The notes under the pieces: generated by a model | Told to the model about the DNA's origin: nothing | Seen by the model: only the letters and a program-made list of their open reading frames with translations | Databases searched by the model: none | Shown: positions 57,336 through 64,000 of the stretch, piece after piece | Numbering within the stretch: position 1 is the stretch's first letter | Layout of the letters: each line of letters begins with the position of its first letter | Translations under genes and position numbers: made by a program | Assembly: GCF_006345805.1 (NCBI RefSeq) | Contig: NC_042999.1 | Span: forward strand, 53,940,001 to 54,004,000 | Direction of reading: 5' to 3' | Length of the DNA: 64,000 nt | Origin: Octopus sinensis | Taxonomy: Eukaryota

Positions 57336-57919
57336 CAGACAGATAGGCAGATAACAAATAATATTTTCTTAATATATGTTACCAGTGAATATTAATGTTT
57401 GATAATTCATCTGAAATTTAATCCTTATAATCCTCACCCAAACCATTGGCTGCGTTTCAACTGTAAAACACTGCAAACATATGTATTGAAAGGAAGTCGC
57501 GACAGAAAACCGCCATTGCAGCAAACTAGCTTTACAACACTTCTCTTCAAACATAAACGTATAACATTATCTTTACTCTTTAGAAGTATATGATATATCG
57601 ATTTATTCTATGTACAAATAGAAAGCTTTAGATCTAAACATATTCCATAAGGAAAACAATGAATATTTGATATATAACTACGCCATATTGCCAGTCAAAC
57701 AACGTCATATTTTGGAAGTAAAACGTAATTATGTAGTCACGAATATGATGTTAAAATATATCAGAGAGAAGTTTGGATTTTGAGAATCTGCAGAGAGAAA
57801 AAAAAATTAGGTAACAGTGTGGGTGTGCCAAGAAAAGGTTTCAATCCCCAATCTGGAAATATTTTTAGTTTTATTTTCTTCATAATATCTTATCGATGTT
57901 TTCATACCTCTCCTCACAG

Positions 57920-58016
57920 ATGCGGATATTTGTGAAGAGTCAATATTGTACAAAAACAGCACGAGGTCTTCAGAGAAGAAGCTTCCCACATGCCAGAGCG
58001 TCGACCCTTAAAGAAG
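57920..58016 (+). other. Candidate 97 nt internal exon (host gene unknown)
   Basis: CCTCTCCTCACAG acceptor and AAG|GTAAGG donor. Frame 1 is open (MRIFVKSQYCTKTARGLQRRSFPHARASTLKE). Confidence 0.25.
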
Positions 58017-58239
58017 GTAAGGGGTAAAACACTCGCCTGAAGACTTTCTGCTATTCAGCTCTCCCTAGACTTTCTTAATATCATAGAGAAGTTTAGATTT
58101 TGAACTAAATGTTGCAAAGAAAATATTAAAAGATAGCAATGAGGCAAGTCAATGACAAGACTTTAACCCCACGCTGCCCCGCCCTGGTTGCTGAATATTT
58201 AGTTTTATTTTCCAGAAAATATCCCTATTCGGAACTTAC

Positions 58240-58267
58240 CAACGTCATAATCCTTCTCTTCATAGAC
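58240..58267 (-). other. Candidate 28 nt micro-exon (VYEEKDYDV+G)
   Basis: On the minus strand: TTTTTATTATCCCTCACAAATATTCAG acceptor and TTG|GTAAGT donor. Confidence 0.25.
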
Positions 58268-59479
58268 CTGAATATTTGTGAGGGATAATAAAAACTGTAC
58301 AAGTTTGGTATACAGAAAGGAGAAAACCGTTTTGATTTCAGTAAGTTCCTGAATCCCAGCTTATTGGTGTCATTACCAACATCCTTGGACTTCATCATAT
58401 TAAATCTTTCTGTCTCCTTATTGACCGATAGAATATTCCGTAGAAACAGATAAAAAGAGTTGCATTCTTCCAACTCACAGAAACGCGCACAATATTTGGT
58501 CTTAAAGTTTGTAAAGTTATGACGACCTATAAATATCGATAGAAGTCATTTGTAATGCTTATGATTTCGTAATAAGGATTTACATGGAAATATAACTCAA
58601 TAGTCATCTATTTATCATACTTAATGTAGAGACACCTTTGGCAAGTCTGATACTGGGGCTTTTCTCCAACAGAAAATCTATTCATATATAGGAACCAGAC
58701 AAACATCGTCCCAGCAATGAGCCACGAGAATGTTAGACGTGTTTCGGCTTCTTTGATCAATGACCTGTACCTCCTCGCCAATCATACACCGAGACGAAAA
58801 GCTTGGTGTACGCTATTGAAACAACATTAAGTGAATACTGTTCCAGTTGCCATTAATGTTTGACAGGTGCCACAGTCATCATGCTTGGAAGTCAAAACAG
58901 ATTTGTCGTTCTCGCCAGTCACTGCATCACGCCTGTCAATGATGTATATATATTAATTATGATACAGGGAGGGATATTTTAATTTAAATATGTCTCAACT
59001 GCGAACACCGCCAATGATTATCTACAGCCAACACTCGCTATACTGCCCATTAAAGCTTTTTCTCTGCAGCATTTGGTTTCAAAATCCAGTTTTCTATGAG
59101 AAAAGAAAACAATTCGAATTATTTCTATTGCTACGCCATCGTGTATTATTTCAGATAATGGTATTGTTTAGCTACGAATAGGATGTAGTTGTATATTTCA
59201 CAACTACGGTGACATAACTTCTGCTACTGAATTTGACATTTAAAGGCATCATTCACCAATATCTGCACGAGAACCTTTCGTTCTAAAGTCTCCCACCATA
59301 AACCTCCACTACAGTCAGTGTTTATGAGGTTCTCTCCAATCCACTTCCTGTAATCCCTCGGATAATCCAGGATTTCGATGAAGATCCTCCAAACAATTTC
59401 TTTCTCATTTTAACGGTTAACGGTCTTTGACTTCCACAAAACACAAAAAAAGCATATTTTTCTGAGCCCCAGGAATCAG

Positions 59480-59705
59480 AGAGCCAGTGGCCCGGCTTCT
59501 ATGGCGTACAAGTATCCAAGATCACGCCATTTCCCTTGAATAGAATGCCAATCTGTCGCAGGATTACACATTCACGGCTGAATGGACTGGAACAATGTCA
59601 AACGAAGAGTTTGGCTCAAGAACACAACGCACCAGTCCGTCTGAGAATCGAAACCTTGATCTTTCGATCGTGAGTGCAACGCTCTACCTACTTGGTCATT
59701 CACTC
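59480..59705 (-). mobile_element. SINE family C-like, diverged
   Basis: GCTCAAGAACACAACGCA..GAATCGAAACC..GATCGTGAG motifs. Confidence 0.65.
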
Positions 59706-59967
59706 TCACAAGGCATATGATAATAATCAACCTTCCTTATCCCTTATTCTTCCGCACACTTGTATCACTAACATGTAGCCAAAATGCCACATGTTATTTC
59801 TGCTCTGCCTCTGTAAATCTTAAAGAGCCTCGTTTAATGTGGATATAACAAACTATTCTCCATGCATGGCAACCAACGCTGATCGCTTCATTCAGCTATA
59901 TACCATTTCGTTTTTGGATTTGGTTTGCAAGATTCTTTATGTGAGTTCGTGTATTGAAGCATATTCT

Positions 59968-60103
59968 GTTGTGTCTGGGGAGAGTCATTCTCCTTTGGTG
60001 CCTTATAATTTAACACACTCACCGGTAAAATAAGTGGAAATTTTTCCGGTAAGTGTGTTAAATTATAAGGCACTAAAAGAGAAAGACTCTCTTCAGACAC
60101 AAC
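59968..60103. repeat. Imperfect ~64 bp inverted repeat (fold-back of a MITE-like element)
   Basis: Arms 59968-60031 and 60039-60103. The left flank resembles 3410-3520. Confidence 0.85.
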
Positions 60104-60339
60104 ATGTATATACCAAATTATTTCAAAATATTGTTAATGACTTTAATGGCTTCTAATTAAGTAGAACAAGGCCAGCAATTTTGACGAGAGAGAGATAAAC
60201 AATACTATCGGCCGAACTAGTACTTTATTCTATATCGACATTAATGTCTAATTAAAGTGCATATAGATACTAGTAATTAGTTTAATGATGATATACTTTT
60301 TTTAATTATTACCCTGTAAAATAATATTGGATTCAAATT

Positions 60340-60535
60340 TTGGCACTAAGTCGGCAGTTTCAGAAGAGATATAGTCAATTACATCGACCCCAGTATTTAA
60401 CTGGTACTTGCTTTATTGACCCTGGAAGGGTGAAAGGTAAAGTCGACCTCGGTGGAATTTGAACCCATAACGTAAAGACGGACGAAATGCCGCTAAGCGT
60501 TTTTTTCCCATGTGCTAACGATTCTGCCATTTAGA
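60340..60535 (-). mobile_element. SINE family B
   Basis: Deu/Nin-like block in reverse. Confidence 0.8.
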
Positions 60536-61094
60536 CACCTTAATGATAACAATAATATTGACAATGGCTTCTGAAAATTTTGGGTTCCTCTACAAAATAA
60601 GGAACTACTTCAACCCTAATTCATTGCCAACATTTGGCAAAGCAAGGGTAAGGCGCACATTCGAGTGGTTCTCACAAAGCCCAAAATTCTGAGTAATTTA
60701 TAATAGAGAAAAATAACCACGTAACCGAGAGTTGTTATTGTATCAAAAGTAGGTGGGATTTGAACTTGAAACGTCGTGGAAAGAGACTAAACAATTTCAG
60801 GAATTTAGTCTGAGAATCTACCGCTTATCCGCCTCCGCCCCTACTCTCACTTCTGTCGGCCTTCATTAAAGCATTATTACAAAATATTCTAACAGAGATA
60901 TTTTTGTCTGGTAAAGGGAAGCTAAATAGGAAAGAAATAGTTTGAAGAAATTAAAAATAATTGAAAAATTCTCAAACTAGTTCAAGGTTCAACATTTCTC
61001 CGGAGAAAACCAAAACAGTTTTCTCTTCTGGTCAAAATATGGTTGGGAAAAACAGTTCTTTCTTTATCACTCCCTCCATCTCCTTTCCCATACC

Positions 61095-61137
<43 letters not shown>

Positions 61138-62319
61138 TCTCTAATATATATAAGTCTGTTTACATAGTTGATGTATTTTTTATTTATATTACAGAAATAT
61201 AATTATCGCTTCGTAATATTATTTCTTTTCATAGTCTCTTTATATTAAAAACGTATTATCGGAGAATTTGATATTTTTATCTGTCAAAATGATAAATGCA
61301 AAATGATAAATAATATATTTTCGATTTCTTAACAAACCACCACGATGATGATGTACACAATGTCATCAAAACTATTTCTACGCTAAAATATTACGTCTCG
61401 TTTTATTAGCTTCCAAATAACTTTAGTTATAATTATATATGTCTGCTCACATAACAAAACATTAATAAATTTTTTTTCCTAAACGGTTATTACAAAATAA
61501 GGAAAATAATGATACAATCTGTACACATTCACAGAAGCGGAACGAAATTTCTTGTTTAAGACATTAAACTAAATGCAGAAATAACAAGAGCGAAACAAGA
61601 CCACTAAGATTAGCTGCCATAGATCTATCGAAGCGTAGAATATTATGAAATTGTTAGAACCATTTGGGAGTCATAACCGCCCTCGCCTTGCCATAAATTT
61701 TTGTTTTAATTATAACATATGTAGATAGGCTTACCAATCTGTCTGCAGAGTTGAAGGAAGATTTCAATTCTTGCCGTTAGTTGTCTAACATATTATTTGG
61801 TATTGATTTTCGTTTCATCGTGTTTCATGTTAACTGTATTATTATTGTTGTATATATACATGTGTATACTTTATAAACATGTACGCAGACGATGACTTCG
61901 TTTTCTATCTTTTAAAATCCACAACGGACACTGTGAGCAGCGATTCCATTAATGTCTGGTAATTATAACTGTTTGTATCGCTGATGTTGGTCTTGTAGAC
62001 TCCATTATTACCGCTGACCGGCTTGACCATATCACTGAATGATGACGTATATTTCTTCTTACACACATCTATGTACTTAGTAGCAGCTAAGTTTCACTTC
62101 AAATACCAGCTCACATACCTCAACAGGTTTACCGCATATCAGGTAACTAGACTCGTGTCTTTGTTCGGGCGAAATACTGCTTTCGGTTCCTGATTCAATA
62201 GAAGAGAAACGAATAATTTTAGAAAGTAGAATCATAAAGAATAAAGCATTACTAATACAGGATTAATAATAATCCTAATAATAACAAATACCAATATAAA
62301 ACTAATAACGGTTTCACAT

Positions 62320-62520
62320 TTTGGCACAAGGCCAGCAATTTTTTATGGTATGGGGTGGATAAGTCGATTACATTGACCCCAGCACTCAAGTGGTATTTAT
62401 TTTGTCGATCTCGAAGGCAAAGTCAACCGTGGCGGAATTTGAACAGAGAACGTAAAGACGCATAAAATGTTGCTCAGCATTTTGCCCGGCGCAGCAACGA
62501 TTCTTCCCGCTCGACACCTT
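62320..62520 (-). mobile_element. SINE family B, diverged
   Basis: Family motifs in reverse. Confidence 0.75.
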
Positions 62521-63139
62521 CATTACAGAATTAAAGATAACTGTAACACATACCAAGAATGCAATACGCCTCTCGGTCGAAGCCTGACGAGTTTCACTGT
62601 ATAGCAAAGTGCACCGACGTTTAATGTGTTGCGGTGGTTGTTTTGCTGTTGTTTGTGTTGCTTTAGGAATAGTTTTGCTTGGGAAATGTTTAAAACTATT
62701 TGGAGACTGAGAGGGCACCCCTACACACACACACAGCCGACTTTGTTTCCTCATGCCTTCCAGAAAAATGAATATTTTTAAATGAAATTTTCTAAGAATA
62801 CCTTTCCGAGTATAAGGAATTTACTATGAAAAAAACTTGCAGGGCTCGCGCACATACATACTGATACACATCACATAGAACTTGAAAGTTCCCTCAAAAA
62901 TTGTACTTTGTGACAGTAGGTATGTGTGTATGTGTGTGCTCACTATTTCTCTTTCCACATCATATTCCGACATAATCATAATTTCCAAACTCTGAAAGAT
63001 GTTTGCAGAAAATTTCAGTAACAAATAACCATTTTTCATAAATTTATGAGGAAACAAAGAAACTCGAGTGAGTTTTCTAAAACACTTCTCCCCATCCTCT
63101 GAATATATTTTTCACAACAAATTCCGATATTATTTACAC

Positions 63140-63421
63140 GGGCATATGGCGGAGTGGTTAAGAGCGCGGGCTACTAACCACAAGATTCCAAGTTCGATTC
63201 CAGGCAGTGACCTGAATAATAATAATAATAATAATACTTATAATAATATCGAAAAATACCTTAGAAATGAGAACCCAGGTTCGAAATTTCTCCAAGACAC
63301 CTGATGAAGGTTGGAGGGTATATATCAGCTGAAACGTTGTGTTAACAACAAACAAAATGAGGACAAATATCCGTAAAATGGTAAATAATGTAAATAATTC
63401 CTGATCTCTTAAATATAGAAC
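63140..63421 (+). mobile_element. tRNA-headed SINE-like element: tRNA-like head, (AAT)n, Penelope-like 3' part with a hammerhead ribozyme
   Basis: A box TGGCGGAGTGG 63147-63157, B box GTTCGATTCC 63192-63201, (AAT)n 63215-63246, hammerhead 63296-63343. Confidence 0.75.
63296..63343 (+). ncRNA. Minimal type I hammerhead ribozyme motif
   Basis: Helix I ACAC/GTGT, core CTGATGA 63301-63307, helix II GGTTG/CAGCT (two G-U pairs), GAAA 63331-63334, palindromic ACGT helix III, predicted cleavage after GUU at 63338. Confidence 0.7.
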
Positions 63422-64000
63422 TAAAATTCCAATATAATCAGAATCACACCATTTAAAGCGCATTTGTATGAAATGTTATTAAAAATCTCCATTTTTCTGG
63501 AAGTTATGAGGAAACAAAGTCTGTAGGGTGAAAGGGAACACACTTATATAGGTATTCCCACTGGGAAGATTGTGCAGAGAATGTTTGGTGTAGTTCGTGT
63601 TGTAGTATTGGGTGGTTGTTGTGAAGAGTACAATGTACTGTGAGTTTTGTTGTAGTATAAAGAAAGTGATTGTGTCTGTTGTATGACATTTAGTCGCGAC
63701 CAAAGACTTTTAGTCTGCGATTCTGGTAATAAACGAAGGAACCGGTTATGTTGATATTAGCCTTTATTTCTGATACTTGTACTGATAATTGTTTAAGTCA
63801 ATTAACAAAATAATAATTGCAGGTAAATTAATTAAACAGCACTAAAGTTAATGACGAAATGTCAATGGAGATAATTAAAAGCCTAGACAAAAACAAAACA
63901 AACGGAGAGTTGTATGGCACAGAGGGGAGTGTGGAGCGGGTGGGAGTGGGGTGGGAAATGGTAATCAGTGGAAAATAAAAAGAAAAAAAAAGATCGAATT

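Noticed and set aside
57920-57940. MRIFVKS resembling the ubiquitin N-terminus
   Set aside because: The similarity ends after 6-7 residues.
58735-58768. Minus-strand TTGATCA..CCGAAACACGTC hammerhead-like remnant
   Set aside because: The core is doubly mutated and there is no helix II.
60310-60342. TACCCTGTAAA resembling the miR-10 5' end
   Set aside because: The match breaks after 9 nt, there is no hairpin partner, and it runs into a SINE end.
63140-63212. Functional tRNA gene
   Set aside because: The acceptor stem does not pair and the anticodon ACT is atypical. It is better explained as a SINE head.

Overview
AT-rich, very microsatellite-dense eukaryotic DNA. The SINE families, LINE fragments and repeat content point to a cephalopod, most likely an Octopus genome (inference from pattern recognition, not a database hit). 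I found no intact, recognisable host protein-coding gene; almost all ORFs in the track are translations of microsatellites. Supported content: about 30 tRNA-derived SINE copies in three families (CORE-like, Deu/Nin-like and a third family), CR1-group and RTE LINE fragments (one very young 1.4 kb CR1-group copy inside a (TA)n array), a full-length decayed mariner with both TIRs, several MITE/fold-back elements and a triplicated ~415 bp unit. A few unique CpG- and TF-motif-rich islands look like promoters or enhancers, and there are some unverified exon candidates. The most interesting signal is a set of short non-coding elements from several families that each carry a Penelope-type minimal hammerhead ribozyme fold. 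One of them sits behind a tRNA-like Pol III promoter (63140-63421), and others conserve the helices but carry variant catalytic cores (CCGACGA, CTGTAGA).
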